Assembly: GCA_043228905.1 (NCBI GenBank)
Contig: JBHGNT010000021.1
Location: forward strand, 2,728,001-2,792,000
Origin: Azolla caroliniana
Lineage: Eukaryota; Plantae; Polypodiophyta
Direction of reading: 5' to 3'
Length of the DNA: 64,000 nucleotides
In this document: positions 30,060-44,483 of the stretch, one piece after another
Position numbering within the stretch: the first letter of the stretch is position 1
Layout of the letters: the number at the start of each line of letters is the position of its first letter
The notes under the pieces: generated by a model
What the model saw: only the letters and a program-made list of their open reading frames with translations
Databases searched by the model: none
What the model was told of the DNA's origin: nothing
Program-made: the position numbers and the translations under genes

Positions 30060-30530
30060 AACCAAAGACATGAATTGTATTACTAAAAACTAGTTAGTTA
30101 CAACGGTGCTCAATGATCCTTTATATACCTAACCCTAGAATGCCCTAATAAAATAGTGGGCTTTCATATATACAAGGGGTTGAGCTTGCTATCTCAACAA
30201 AAATCTACTTTTTGTAATACATTGATCATTTATCGTAAAAACTCTGGAAAATTCTAGGACATCTTAGAAGATTCTAGGTCTAGAACATTCTAGAACATTA
30301 CAAAAATCTCTAGGCTATTCTATAGGAACCTATAAATAGAGACATACATGTCTTGTCAAATCAATTCAAATCAACACCAATCTTAAGCTATCATCACCAT
30401 ATGGTATCTGGTTCCTCATGTGTTCATCCTATCTTAATACAATCATTCTTCTCTTATCATTTTGTTCCTTTCTTCTTCTGTTCTCTTTATATCCTTCTTC
30501 CATCACTCTATCTTTTACTCCGTTATGACA
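29697..30530 (+). mobile_element. 3' end of a chromovirus-type gypsy element: chromodomain tail, PPT and LTR (29806-30530)
   Basis: NAQELVNDFCHRYPNKP resembles a chromodomain C-terminus; purine tract AAGGAAGGATAG is followed by TGTCATG...TATGACA; TATA-like CTATAAATAG near 30330. Confidence 0.6.
29920..30199. mobile_element. Solo LTR nested in the preceding LTR
   Basis: TG...CA termini with a perfect 5-bp TSD AAAAT (29915-29919 / 30200-30204); removing it restores similarity to the partial LTR copy at ~29540-29690. Confidence 0.7.
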
Positions 30531-33500
30531 GAATATAGCCAAGGACTTGAACGTCCCTCCACAATGTTGAGGGACTTGAATACTCAAAGGACTCGAACAT
30601 TGAGGGAACTTGAACGTTGGGGTTGATTAACACACAAGATTAAGCTTAATACATGATATTAACGTAACTATATCGTATTAAGACCAAATAAACTCACACT
30701 AAGATCTAAACAGTAATTTACACAAGAAATCTCTTTGTAAAGTAGTGTTTACAAAATATTCACAGTGAATAAGTACAATAGTGGTAACAAGGAGTGATAC
30801 AATGAACAATTCAAAGAGAAATAAGTATGATAGGTTAGTGGCTTCTCTTTTCGACGAGGCCTCGCCTACGCCTCCTTCATTGTTGATGTTACAAGCATGA
30901 CCATATAATATACCGTGGTAAGATTGTATCATAGTATTCGATACACATGGATAAAGTGTGAGGGTTAAAAGAGTGTAATGAAGGGAGGATTACTTTTAAT
31001 CCTAGGAATTGAGACAACCCATAAGGGCCAAGTGTGAACTTGCCTAGGGGCCTTAGGTCTAGCTATAAATATGAGGGCTAGCTACCCTCATTAGACTCGG
31101 ATCATTGGGACTACATTGAGAGTTTGATCGTGTGGTGAAGAGAGTCTTGTAGTGAGTGTGCCAGTACCATGTACGACTCGACGCCACGACGGTGGTATGG
31201 GACGCCAATCGAGGCTCAAGTCCATCTCAATCCCTTCGCTCGGGGGTGGTCAAGTGGGATCGACACCCTTCTATCTCTCTCCTCTCTAAGTTATCTTTCT
31301 ATCTATTATTTCCTTATCATATGCTTACATTAGGACTAAGCTCTAACAGTTGAGGTAGTGTCATTGTGCCTCATTCCATGCCCGATGAGGTAACTCAGCC
31401 TTCTTTACTCTTTCTCCTCTTTTTCTATAAAAAGAGGCGCCTAATTTCGGCATTTAATGTTTTTATTCCCTTTTTGCTTCGAAAATGCAAAATGCAATTC
31501 TACCTTAATACACGCTTGTAGATTCAAACTCTGCACCTCTTGTATATATATTTTTATATATACGTATCTTTATTTGATTGTGGTTGGACCCCCTTTTTAT
31601 CCACCTTCGGCCACGCCACACACCATGACAACATGCTCAAAAGTTATGGTAGGTTGTAGGATATGATGGAAGGCTATGGAAGTTATTGAATGTAGTAGAA
31701 CATTAGGGAAATATTAAGTAAAGTTTTGCCTGCAAGTTTTGTGAGTCATGCATCGTCTTGGGAGCTTATTTTACAAAAGGACTAGTTATGAGCTTATATA
31801 AAAGGAGTTATTATAGAAATCAACACCAATCATCGAATACATCTCCTTTCCCTAGCTTGTTTTGCAACATGATAAAATATTTCCTCACAATCCAAACCAT
31901 AAGTTTAATATAATGCTTAACAATAAGTTTATCTTTATATCTATCAAGTATAACATTAAATTATAGTTTACCTTATATATACACATGCGATCAATTATAT
32001 TGTCACCATCGAATCTTGTCACTAACGGCCATGTGTCATTTTTATTCAAGAACTCATCTAAAGTAGGTTCAATGAAAAAATCCTAGTTCAGAAGTAAATA
32101 ATTGAAGCTCTTTGAATAGTGAAGATGAGTTGATCTATCCACAAGTTTTCTTGGTCACCGCAATCTATGTGGCCCAAATATGGTTTCATGATTGATATTG
32201 AAGTCATTGTCTTCTTCATTCTTTTCTATTGTTTCTTCCTATGGTTGTTGTACCTACATCCTGCAATCCAAATATGAGGGACATATTTGATATCATGAGA
32301 CTTATAAATTATATTGTTTAATGATCATGGCACAAATATCCATTTTTTATATTATCAATTCAAAACTAATATACATTAAATGTTTTTTGTCATTTATGTT
32401 AACAAGCTCATCTAAGCACTAACGTTGTCAACTTTAGGTGTATTTTAAAAAAACATTGGGAGTACTGACTTATGGCACACTTAACATTCATTTTTTAACT
32501 TCATGGACCTCACTCACTCTAGGTTACGTCGATCACTCTATGATTACCCAATGAACCTCTTGATTGCTATCAATGGAGTGGATAATATAATGGTTACGGT
32601 ACATCATGAATATACTCCTCATGGTTAGTAAATCTTAGTATAAAAGGGAATCATAGTTGACTTAAAGAAGGTTGCCAAAACACTTTAAGTCTTCATTGTG
32701 TTTATATTTGCTTAAATGGGAGCACTTAAGGATGCGTTGAAATCACACCAGTGTGCTCTACAATTTAAGGTTTAATTGTTTCATTTGACTATGTTGTTGG
32801 TCTTATAATCTATTTATGCACACCCTACCCCAAAGTAGCCTGTGAGTTCTAGGTCTCTTTAGTTGTTCTTATGGAGTCTTTCCTTTTCTATCTTATGATT
32901 CTCCATAGTCAATCAATGCTAACACATGAGTGGTTACAAGGAACAATTTCATTGGCATGTAATAGCCTTAATCCTATGTGGTATGGGATTTCATTGTTTA
33001 TATGCAAATTTGTGTTGTCCAATGTAGTTGCCCACCCTATGTTTATTCTGACCAATCTTTTTTATGCCACATTTTCATGGATTTTCATGTAGTTATAAAT
33101 CATGTTTTACCCGCACAATATATATCTTACTAGTCAATCATAGAAATAACACAATATTCACATTCAAATGATCATTCCTCAAGATTCAAAACAACCCCCG
33201 AAGTGTATGTCAACCTTAACACCCATGAATCTAAACGACAAGTCCTACAAAACTTCTTCATATTGTGTTTTGATTGAAGGTTGCTAGTTTGAATTCATGT
33301 TTAGGATTATTACTAAATTTCAAATTTTGGACCAATATAAGTTCACCTCTCTCTAACTTTATCTCACACTTTAATGTAAATGTGCATCTAGAAAAAGGAT
33401 GGAATTGAACTTTCTCATCTCTTTTATGTCTAATAAGGCAAAAAAATCATTTCTCTTCCATGTGTCACTATTTTTAAGATCGTTGATTAAATTCAAAATA

Positions 33501-36500
33501 TTAATACACTCTCTTTATACAAGCTTACCCCAATTGTGCACTTCAAGAATCGAACTTTCTTTCCATTAATTAATAAAACAAAAGTTGTTTCTTTTATAAT
33601 CAAGTTTGTTTTCAGGGTGGTTGCTACTTTTTCGATTGCCAACCAAACTATGAGTATCTCCCTCTCGAGCCAAGTTAGTGTTTGGTGCATCAAGTCTAGA
33701 TGTAAGCATGGTTTTCTTCATCCTCTCTTTTCATGATACCCTTAGCAAATGTGCACATGGGTGTCCTCATATTTCTATCAAACAATAAAGTAAGCTGCCA
33801 ATAGTGGGAACTAACATCTAATTAATATAAACATGAAAAACATTAGTGGGATCATTCGAAAGCTTGTCTTATGTTTTAAGGGTAATGTCAAATCCATATT
33901 GGGTGATTGAAATTGTTAAAATTTGTACATTCTAAGAAAGATAGTGTAGTTTAGCGACAAACTATGAGGATTAATCAAATTCTCTCTCTATGTCGTGTTC
34001 GACACACATTCTTCCCCTTGATCTCCCTTGTTCCATGGCACATGTAGACTAGAAGATATCTCTATCTTCAATAACACTTGACTTTTGATTGGCCACATCA
34101 ATTCATATACACCTTCTAAATTAACAAAGCTCAATTAATTGAAGAAACATACATATCATTTTCCTTGGTCTTTATGCATGTCCCTTTTAGTTACTTTTTT
34201 CATAAACATGTTGGTGTGATATCCGCAAGGTAATTGAATTTAAGGTGGATATATATTTCTTGCTTTCTTTTCTCCCTCTATCATGCAACTACATGTAAGT
34301 AAGTCATTAAATTCAAATGACATACAAAAGCAAACTTTTGAGTTTTAGATTAATGCAATTTATTAGGAAATGATTTGTAAGATAGGGTATATTGCTCTTG
34401 CTTCATGATGCCTTGATAGATTCAATAGCGAATGAGGCTTTTTTGCAATGCTAATGTATCAAAAATCAAGGAGGGATGTAGAGGGTCGTGATTCACACAA
34501 TATATGATATATGCTGCATCAACCCATAAAAATATGCTCTTTTTAAACAACAATGAACATTTGCCCGTGGATAATAGAGTGAATCCCCCTCGGCCGCATT
34601 TTGCACCATCGCATTTTCCAACAACTTAGTTCATATTCCCTTTTATGTGAAATGAGTTGTAGGGGGTATTGCCAAGGATTGACTATGCGTGGTTTAGTCC
34701 AAACAAGTTCACGAGGTTGAGTTTCACTCTATTTGAATGCTCTACCTTCAATCGCATTTGAGTTTACTTTCACTACTATTTCACCATTGACCCATCGCTA
34801 CATTGATTTCTCTCAATCATAATGCTCATTTTGCCACTTAACATGTACATTAATAAAAATCTTGAACACCCACGCGCCAACTCAAAATCCACTATGTGAA
34901 AATATTTTGCTATGGTTCCATATGTTATATTTGATGTATCAGGGCTATTAAAATATATCTCTAATTGTTTTCTTATTATTCATCTTCTATGTCTTCTAAT
35001 GGCTCTTCATTTAACAATCGTGCACTGTTTAATACATAACAAAGCATCAATAACTTAATTAGCACGCTCAATGGAAGCACATGGACGGAAGAATGTGTGC
35101 ATGGATTGCTCAACATGTTTTTGGATGAATACATGAACATATGTTTTATGGAGGGAACATCATATGGATGAATAGATGTAAGTCAAGTAGGGGGTGGGTG
35201 GATGGGTGGATATGTATGGAATAATGGATGAAATGCATGGGCTTGGGGATTCATGGATGTTTGTGTATTTATGTACGTGTGGTGATTTGTTTTTCAGTCT
35301 ATGTGGACAAATCGACAAATAATTGATCAAATATACATACACAAATGCATGAATTACCCTAAAACGTTGAGCCATTATGATTAGATAATTCAACATTTAT
35401 GTTTCAAAAAAAGGATCTAAACAAACATACACAAAGACCAATAGTGAAACAACAATTTAGCTTTGTAGTTTCCCTACGTTCTTTTCCCCGATGTTGGAGA
35501 TTGGTGATGTTTCGATTAAAATGCAAGGGCCATCGAAGATGTAAATAATCTCCGTTTAACATCCACAATTGTGTTCCCACGATAGTCTCTCTCTAGAATC
35601 ACAATATGTCTCTATCAAATTGAAACTCATTCTCTCTCAAATTGTGACACTTTTTTCTCTCAAATCATTATTCACTCCCTTAAATTACAACCCTTTTCAT
35701 AATTGTTGCCTAACCATTGATTTCATTGTTGTTGATAATTTGTACAATAACACATGTCCCTTTGTCGTTTTCTTTATCATGCTTATTTAGAACGGTTCAG
35801 GTCCTACTTAGCATACAATGTTAGTAATCATTTTGTTTTGCATTATAATCCGAATTAGCCCACATTAACGATATGACAGATCTTTTGTACAATTAATATA
35901 AGGGCCCACTTTAAAAAGCATACTAAGGGGAAGAAGAGAGGGTGAGGAAAATAGAATGACATAAAGGTGAAGTAGGTAGCGAGAAGACAAAGCATTTGAT
36001 GAGTTACGAATTGCATTTATTAACATTTTCAACCATGGATAAAATAGATCATTCCGAAACTATGTTATCCATAACAGCAGAAGGGGATGGGTATTGTCAC
36101 TATTTCCGTTGTAGAATTAGTGAAAGCACATAAAGGCATGGCCTTGGTGGCTTCAATAGTTTGATAGAAAACACTCGACAACACCTACATAATACAATAA
36201 ATGGCTAGACATCACCACGAAAGGAAGATGAAAATGGTGAGGGAAATAGTGGGGGTGGGGTGAGGGGGTACCCCCACCATCTAGTCTAGAGAGAACTACA
36301 AACAAACAAACAAAAAGTTGATTTGCCACATTGTCACCGATTAAACAAAAAGGCGACGACGGAGACTTGTCCATGAAGTATCTGTCGCGTTCGCACGCAC
36401 TCATGTGTGGGAGAAGAAAAACCCGAGGAACGGCCGTCTCCTCGAAGCCTGAGAGTGGGGTCGGTCTGCCCGGCCGGACACTCTTTCGTGGCCAAGCCGC

Positions 36501-36531
36501 ACTTGGTCTCAACATGTTTCCTCGGTATGAA

Positions 36532-36625
36532 GTTCACACTTGTCCGCCACAAAATGGGTTCATACTTTGGCCGCCACGATCGTGTCCACACGTGTCCGCC
36601 ACAGCGTGTTCACACTTGTCCGCCC
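36532..36625 (+). promoter_or_regulatory. Four imperfect ~25-bp direct repeats upstream of the 36790 gene, one containing an ABRE/G-box (ACACGTGTC)
   Basis: GTTCACACTTGTCCGCC-like unit repeated 4 times; regulatory role is inferred from position only. Confidence 0.4.
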
Positions 36626-36789
36626 AAACGGGCGGACTGTGTACCCTCTCTCTCTCTCTCTAGAGTATAGCTTCTCTCTAAACTCTGAGAGCCAGGTAAC
36701 GCGTTCGAATCTGGTTGCCCCCCCCCCCCCCCCGCGGGCCTCTGAGCTGGAAAGGCCAAAAAAAGCAGGAAATTCTGCAGGAAAAGGAC

Positions 36790-39700
36790 ATGGAAAAGAA
36801 AGAGATCAATGGCGTCGTCATTCACAGGTACCACACCGCCGCTCTTAAGGACTTTCAAAGGCACACACACCCCTGGCTTCTGTGAAAAAACCAAAGATTT
36901 ACCATGCCTTCTCTTTCCCCTTCTTCTTCCTTCACTCCTGCAGTGTTTTAATCTTTCCTTCTCCTTCTTTTTCCTTCTGTTATTGTTTTCTTTTTCTCTT
37001 TTTTCTTTTGTATTTTCGGGAGCGTGCGTGAGATTTTCATTCTTCTGTGTAAATTCACCTCTCTTCCTCTCTGTTTTTGAGTAAATTTGTTGCCAGAGAG
37101 AGGGAGAGAGATTGATTTAAGTGCCTGTCGTCGATTATACAGCTTCCATTGCCTGGTGATCTTGACTGTTCCTTTTTTCTTTTTGCTAAGATCATCTTCA
37201 TCTTCTTCTTTTCCTTCTTCCAAAAGAAGCAACCCTATGTATATATGACAGCACCATCATTCAATGGTTACAAGTCCTCATACAGACGTGATTTAGAACT
37301 AGTCAAGCAAAATCGTTCTTATTCCCTGCTAAGGTTCAATGGAAGAAGCTCAACCATCTCTTGATAGGTATGGTGTGATCACTAAAATGAAGAGCTATTT
37401 ATATATGTTCTTCTTTTCTCTGAATTCTTCTTTACTAGGATATAATGTGTTATCATTCAATGTAAAATATTCTTTCGTCTGAACTGCTTCGATTTGTATA
37501 TGATGTTTGATTATGCTTTACTTTGTTTTTCCTGTTTTCGTACTCTACGTCATTTCAGGTTTTCTTCTGCTACAATCGAGTCTCTGAGAGCACGGCTTTT
37601 GGCCGAACGAGCTGCTTCTAAAGAAGCGAGGGAACAAACTCAAGAAATTGCTGCAAAGGTATTCTCAATTCTCTCTACACTTTCATCCTGTGTTTTTACC
37701 ATTTACGCACAATCAATCAGTAGAGAATGCTTTCTGTTGTTCCATCAAACTTCTCTCAGCAGAAAAATAATCATCTTCTGCCGTTTTCTCTGATTCTTCT
37801 AGAAAATGCCTCCTCGAACATATCTCTTTTAGAAAATGTGCTTTCAGCCGATTATAGCCAGTCATTGAAATTATGCTTTCACCTGTTATTTTCTTAATAC
37901 TGCCTTGACGAAGGTGCACAGGAAATGATTTGATTCTTCTACATATTTAATGGTGGCATCTTGAGTGCTTTGAGATATTGCATAATATATCTAGCATTTA
38001 TCGACTGTTCAGGTCAATTTGATGTTGGTTGTACAGATAAAATTGTACATGTGAAACTTAGAAAAGCTATTTTCTGCAGGTTTCCAAGCTTCAATCCCGC
38101 CTTGATGCCGAAACAGAAAACAGAAGAAAAGCTCAAGTTGCCATGTTAGAGGTTCTTGAAGCTCTCAAAACCAAAGGTATTGCCATGGATCAAGTTATGG
38201 CTTCTTCTTCTTCTTCTTCTCTTACATTAGAAAATCTCATATGTGATGAAACAACAATGGTCTCACTCAATCATTTGAAATGGACCAATTCGGAAAACTC
38301 ATTTTTTAATGGTGAAAAGAAAGATGATAGAAGCAGTGTTAGATCTCTGCCTAGCAGTCAAGAAGGTCAAGAACAAACAAATTCTGATAATCAGTCTAGT
38401 TCTGAACTAGTTAATTCTGATCGCCAATCTAGTGCTGAACAGACACATTCTGGTCGTCACTCTTGTTTTTGTGAAGAAATTGCTTGCCAAGTCTCTAAAG
38501 AAGGAATTTCAGCCAAGGAGACTCTGGAAAATCAACATTCTGAAGGAGATAATTGTCATGGAAATGGTCTTGATGTTAGAAATAAAGACATACTGGACCA
38601 CATCACCAGAGCAGTTCAAAATTCAGAAGATAGGGATAAAGATAATAGTGGACATATACATATGGTTGAATCCAACACAATGTCTGAGGATTTTATAGAG
38701 AGAGGGATTGTCAAACAATCACCTAGTCCAAGCTCAGTTGATGAAACATTGGCAAAATATGGAGATGTTGTATCAGATGCAAGTTCTTCTAGATTTGGCT
38801 ATGAAAAAGCTGCATCAGATGAAATCTCTTCTGAATCTGTCTATGAAAGAGTTGCTTCAGGTGAAATTTCCTCTGAATTTGGCCATGGAGGGGATAGCCT
38901 TACCAAGCAAGCCTCATATCCTTCTGACACCAACTCAACAGAGGCTGTCAAACAGTCACCTATTTTGAACTCAGCAGAGGAAACATTGGTGAATCATACG
39001 ATTAATGGAAAATTTTCAAGTTCTTCTGGATTTCGTGATGGAAGGGATGGTGTTGCCAAGCAAATTCAATATCTTGACAAAGATCCTCAAAGGTATGACG
39101 ACAATTCAACCAGTAATTACCCAAGATACCACACATATTCAAATAAGAAATCTGCACAACAAATGGCATACATGGATCATTTAGCTGGGTCTATACCTAT
39201 CGAGGCTTACCCTGGTTTTAATTCTGCAAGTAACAGCTGGCCATCACATAAACTGACGAGAGCGTCAAATTATCGTCAGATGCATAATGATATTCAAATA
39301 CATGATGTATCTACAGAAGCACCATTTGCTAATTTATATTACAGAGGGGGACCTGGATATTTCCCTAGAACTACCTATCAGAATAGGGATGGGGAATTTT
39401 CAACGTTGAATAGAATGCCTAAAACAAAGGTGAGTGAACCAGTTCTCTCTCTCATGGATGAGAAAAATGGGAAACTCGGAAATATACTCGGCGCATTGCA
39501 TCTTGCGAAACAACATTTGAATGAGAGAACATCAACACACATTCCTGCTCACAAAGAGAATAATGTAATGTATGGGAGCTCAGTACTACCTTCAAACTTG
39601 AGTGGAAAACCCTATGGTGGTTATTGTAGGGATGGATCTTATCAACAATCAATGCATTATTGGAAATCTAAAGGGCAGACTGAAACTCCTATCATCCATC

Positions 39701-39861
39701 TTCCACCTTCTCCGACTGCGGATCAGGGGTTTAATCGATACAATGCTTTCAGTGGTTACAGTTACATGCCAGCTGGTAATGGAAATGGTTATGAATCAGA
39801 TCATCTTCCACCAAGAGGGGAGGTTCATCTTGGTAATGGCATCACCTTATATACTGATTGA
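36790..39861 (+). CDS. Plant protein of unknown function with a conserved N-terminal coiled coil and long Ser-rich disordered tail, 3 exons, ~639 aa
   Basis: Exons 36790-36827, 37559-37658, 38080-39861 join in frame: MEKKEINGVVIHR-FSSATIESLRARLLAERAASKEAREQTQEIAAK-VSKLQSRLDAETENRRKAQVAMLEVLEAL..; resembles the angiosperm TIEFLRARLLxERxxSxxARxxAxELAxxVxELE family from memory. Exon 1 was chosen on splice phase. Confidence 0.8.
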
Positions 39862-42800
39862 ACCCCAACAACACAAATCCCCATTGTCCATACTTTGCAT
39901 CATTCTGGATGTTTATTTATTATTTTTAGTGTGAGAAAATAATAAGGGACCTATTTCATTGTTTCTTTGTTTAAAGTGGATAATGGATATGCTTCACATG
40001 TGAACAAGATTTATGCAAAAGCTTTCCTGCCAACTCCGAAAAAGCAATAAAAAACAGTAAAAACAAGACAAAAAAAACTTATGGTCTTTTCCATTTTGTG
40101 CCTAATGGAGCCCCTAGGGGGTCTTTCATAACTAAAGCTATAAAGGATCAACATAAAAAATGCGGCCCACAAAACTAAGGCTGCAGGATTAACATTGAAG
40201 AAGTGGGCCACAAAAATATCCAGCTTTAATAACTAAAGCTGAAGGATCAACGTTGAGGAAGTGATCCACAAAAATACCTGACTTTAATAACTAAAACTGA
40301 AGGATGAACATTGAGTCCATCTTTAATAGGTAATGTTAAATGGATCAATGGTGAAACAATGGCGCACGAAACTGTGATACAATTGTATCCTTTCGTGACA
40401 TTATTAGTTTTTACTTGTGCAAATCCCAATGATGAGGAAACATGAGGTTTTAATTTATAGATCTCAAGTCCCAACACCTATTGGGTAGGAATGAGTGCTT
40501 TGTAGTGATTGTTGGTCCCATGGGCCATGTTGGCTCTTTGTAGATATATTGTCATCATCATTGGCTTTTGGGACATGGGTTTTATTTAGTTCAAACTAAA
40601 ATAGCTAACTAAATTCATTTTCAATTTTAGGACTAATAAGAAAAGCTGATTTTGGTTTTGAGGAATTAACAATTCCTCACAAGTGTTTTGGTAGCAATGG
40701 ACGTTTTTCAAGTGTGAGCACTCCATAAAACTTGGAAGTAAAATAGAAGATAAAAGAAGGATTTGATCTTATAAACCTAAAAAATATGATGCTACAATGT
40801 TAACCTCTAATCTGAATTGGTACATTGTGGGTGCCATGCATCTAAATCCTTCTGTTTATTGAGTTTTTTGTGATGAAATTGATATGGTAACAATGATGGA
40901 AGATTTTATTGGTTTTTGTGCTTCTTTCTTTATTGTAGATTCTTTAGCTTTCACTAGTAAAGACAACAACCCCCCCTTCCGCCCCCCAAAAAAGAAAAAC
41001 AAAACATCATGAAATTTTCATCTTGGAGCTAGGAGATAGAGAAATGCCATGGAATATTTCAGAATGAACAAAGTAACTACTCTTCATCTCTATTACAATG
41101 CCTCCAAAGTTAGGCCAAAACTCCAACATCATATTACTCACAACTTACGTTATACATGATCAATCTCATAAGCCAAGGATGTAAAAAGAAACTTATGAAA
41201 CCCAAGAGAATTCTTATGAGAGTCTCTCATTTTGTATTAGTGATTTCTTAGGGTCTAATGTCAATTGTTATTCATGGTATCCAAGTTGTCTAGGGTAAGG
41301 CTAACACACCTTGGATTGTGTGAGTACTAGGCTATTTCCACTTACAAATGTAGTATGACTATGAGGGGGGTGGTTGAAAAGGGGATTCATGGACAATCAC
41401 TCATTATGTAGAATAGATCCATCCCCCAAGTATAATAAGATGCCATTTTAAAAACAAAAGTCACATTATAGGAGCATTTGCAAGTGTATGATTAACATAA
41501 AGAGAGTAAAGAGCATGTGATTATCCATTTGAAGGCATCATAACATACAAAATAATGAGGTGAAAGAGAGGAACATTAACTGGATTATAATAAGGTTTGA
41601 TAGTATATGTGCATAAAAAAGTACATATAATCAACATTTGTTGATGTACAAGCGAGTATATATGACTAAACCTATGAGGCAATGATGAGAAAGAGAGAGA
41701 CAATGAGTATAATGTCCATGATCACATCATGAAAAGAACAAGGAATGGGAGATTGGGGGCATATGGCATAATTGCATAGCACCAAATACTTTATTATTAT
41801 TATAATCGACAAAGTTACATTCTAAATCATATTCGTCGCCAAAAAGGCATTTGGTGCGGGAAATTTTCCATGCTTTTGGGGTATGCTCAATTGGCGCATG
41901 AGGAAACCCTTGTTTATTTGATGGCCTTGGCCCCAATGTGGTGTTGGCATCAAATGGTCATGTCTCATACCCTTTCCTAACTTAAACTATATTTTAACAC
42001 AATACCTTACATACATAGAGTGAGAAAGTGTGTTACTATAATAACACCCTAATATAAGAAGAATGGTGTTGGCCCCGATAACTCAAATGCATGCTTACTT
42101 GTGTCTATATTTGGGCTTTGCTTCACCATGTTGGTGGATCTTATGCTAGTAAGATATATGAGTTTATTTAAAAATATTCAAAGAGAAATCTTTAGATTTT
42201 AGAGCTATCCATCATATTGAAAAGTATGAAAGTTCATCCAATAGTCCCAACACTCATAGAACTTGTCATGGATGTACATTTGTCAATTTGCCATCGAATC
42301 TTGACTTGACATTACTTAATGATTATTTTATAATTTATGATCTTATGTTGGAGACCGGGAACTATTTTTGGCTAATCACATTGATCTTATGCACTCACTT
42401 TGGTACATATCTTTATTGATCCCATGAAATCACTGGCAAATACCACAAAGTTATGAAAGTTGTGATTGTGTCCTTGTCCTAACCCTTTTAAAACAACAAG
42501 ATTCAGCAAATGCACCCTAGGATTCATAATAATATTTCATGATCATTCCGAATCATGAACGAGAATTGGGAAAAAAGAGGAATTGAAATGCCATTGTTAT
42601 GAGGCCCATTTTCATTTTTTGGTTCAAGAGTGAGTGAAGCTATGTATGTACATGACACAGAAACAAAAGTTTACTACAGTGCATAAGTTTCAAGAAAGTG
42701 GGCTACTATTTTCAAAGCATTTATAATTGACAAAAGGAGCTTAGATTCTTTTTGTTTTCCAAAAAATAAAAGAGTCTATGCCCTAGATTCTATATACACA

Positions 42801-43551
42801 ATTAGGTAGATATGCAAATCAACATGATGAATCATGTCGATACTAAGGGTCTTACAAATTATGTTTGTGAGTGCACCAATAATTCATGTATGTGCACACA
42901 CATGAAGTTTCTAAGAATTCCATCATTATTCTTCATCTAGGCTTGTCATTCAATTGATTCATTCATTGCATGTGAAATCTCACATATTACCCCATTCACC
43001 AACCCCTATCCTTTATTGAAATCTCAAGATCTTTCCTTTCTTGTAATCCTAGTGAATTATGTTCTCATTTTTTATTTAAGATTACAGTGTTGGGCAAAGC
43101 CTTAGTGATAATGTCAACGTTCCGGTTAGATTGGGACTTTTGCCGGCCAATGTGGGGGAGAGCCAAGGCCCAAAACTGATTCCAGCTAGAATTTCCCAAA
43201 AACCAGAATCTTGAACTGGTTATTTATGCATATTTTAAATGTAAAAAAAACGATTTTCCCTCTTTTCTTGTGTTTTTCCTTGTTTCCACCCTCTTTTTAA
43301 GAGTACTTCATGTGACTCCTAAATTCCTACGATTTGATTGATTTTGTCTAATATTCGCATCATTTGATCAACATGTTCCTTATCTTTCTTCCACTCCCAT
43401 CATCGTGTGACGACTTGTATATTTTCTTTCTTTCTTTTTGTGCAATAGGCATCATAGCTCGCAAATAATTGGGCTATAGTCCAATTACGAAAACCACAAT
43501 TATAACATCCATACCATATTTTTTAAAGTACTTTGAGCTCCCCTTTGTATA

Positions 43552-44134
43552 CAATAACCATTCGGTTAAGTGCGCACTTTGAACGCAAGGAAGAAGTGCG
43601 CAGTTAAGGGTTTTTTGAAATTTTTTGGGGTTTTTTAAAAAAAATTTAGGGGTTTCTAAAATTTCCCCCCTCTTTGCTCTAACCATACAATTCTTGATAA
43701 GAAAAGTGATCAATTTATGTGATATAATTGACCTGAAACATTTCTCATTTCAGGATACTCTCTTCTTGAGCATTGTTTCTTTCCCGATTCCCGGTTACCT
43801 TTAGTTTTCTCCTTTCTGCTAGGCTTGAGGAATGCATATGTTATCTTCGATGCACTGAGATTTTTTCTTGCATTTTCTTCCTAGTGGTGACATGTTTAAG
43901 GAATTGAGTACAGATGGAGGCGACATGAAAAGATAGGAGAGGAACTATGAAGAAAGCTCAAGAGCTCAAGTTGCAACTTCTACACTCTTTGAGAAAAAAC
44001 GAGATGAAACAAAAAAGGGAGGGAGGGAGGGAGGGAAAGAAAGAAAGAAAATTAAGAATGAATGAATCGAACAAGGAAAAGTAAATTGATAATTAGGTTA
44101 GTAGAAAGTTTATTTTCTTTATCACAGACTCGTA

Positions 44135-44191
<57 letters not shown>

Positions 44192-44477
44192 CACACGACA
44201 CTCAAACATACGCATTGACGCTACAACTATAGTCTACCACTCCTTAATTTGTTTTCGTTTTTACGTTGCATTTTTCTCTTCGTTTTCAACAGACCCCACC
44301 CACCATTGTGTAACAATTGTTTTTTAATTATTATTTTTTAAAAACTCCTTTTGTTATTTTTTGGGTGTCTGGAACATAGTTCAACTTGGTTTGATGTAAT
44401 TTCATCATGAAACAATGTAATTTTTTGGAACTGGATTTTGACCTCTATAAAATGCGCTCTTAACCGAATGGTTACTA
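43552..44477. mobile_element. Non-autonomous Tc1/mariner (pogo-like) element, copy 1
   Basis: TIRs CAATAACCATTCGGTTAAGTGCGC / GCGCTCTTAACCGAATGGTTACTA, flanked by TA; no ORF; internal (CA)n. Confidence 0.7.
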
Positions 44478-44483
44478 TATGTA

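Noticed and set aside
30974-31348. Possible solo LTR (TG..CA, TATA-like motif)
   Set aside because: No matching TSD found; boundaries unsupported
31860-34950. Possible MULE or other transposase relic
   Set aside because: Only 4-6-residue resemblances, with no consistent frame or motif order
36809-37084. ATG 36809 (MASSFTG..) as the gene start
   Set aside because: It gives phase 1 at the 36827 donor, whereas the 37559 acceptor needs phase 2; ATG 36790 fits
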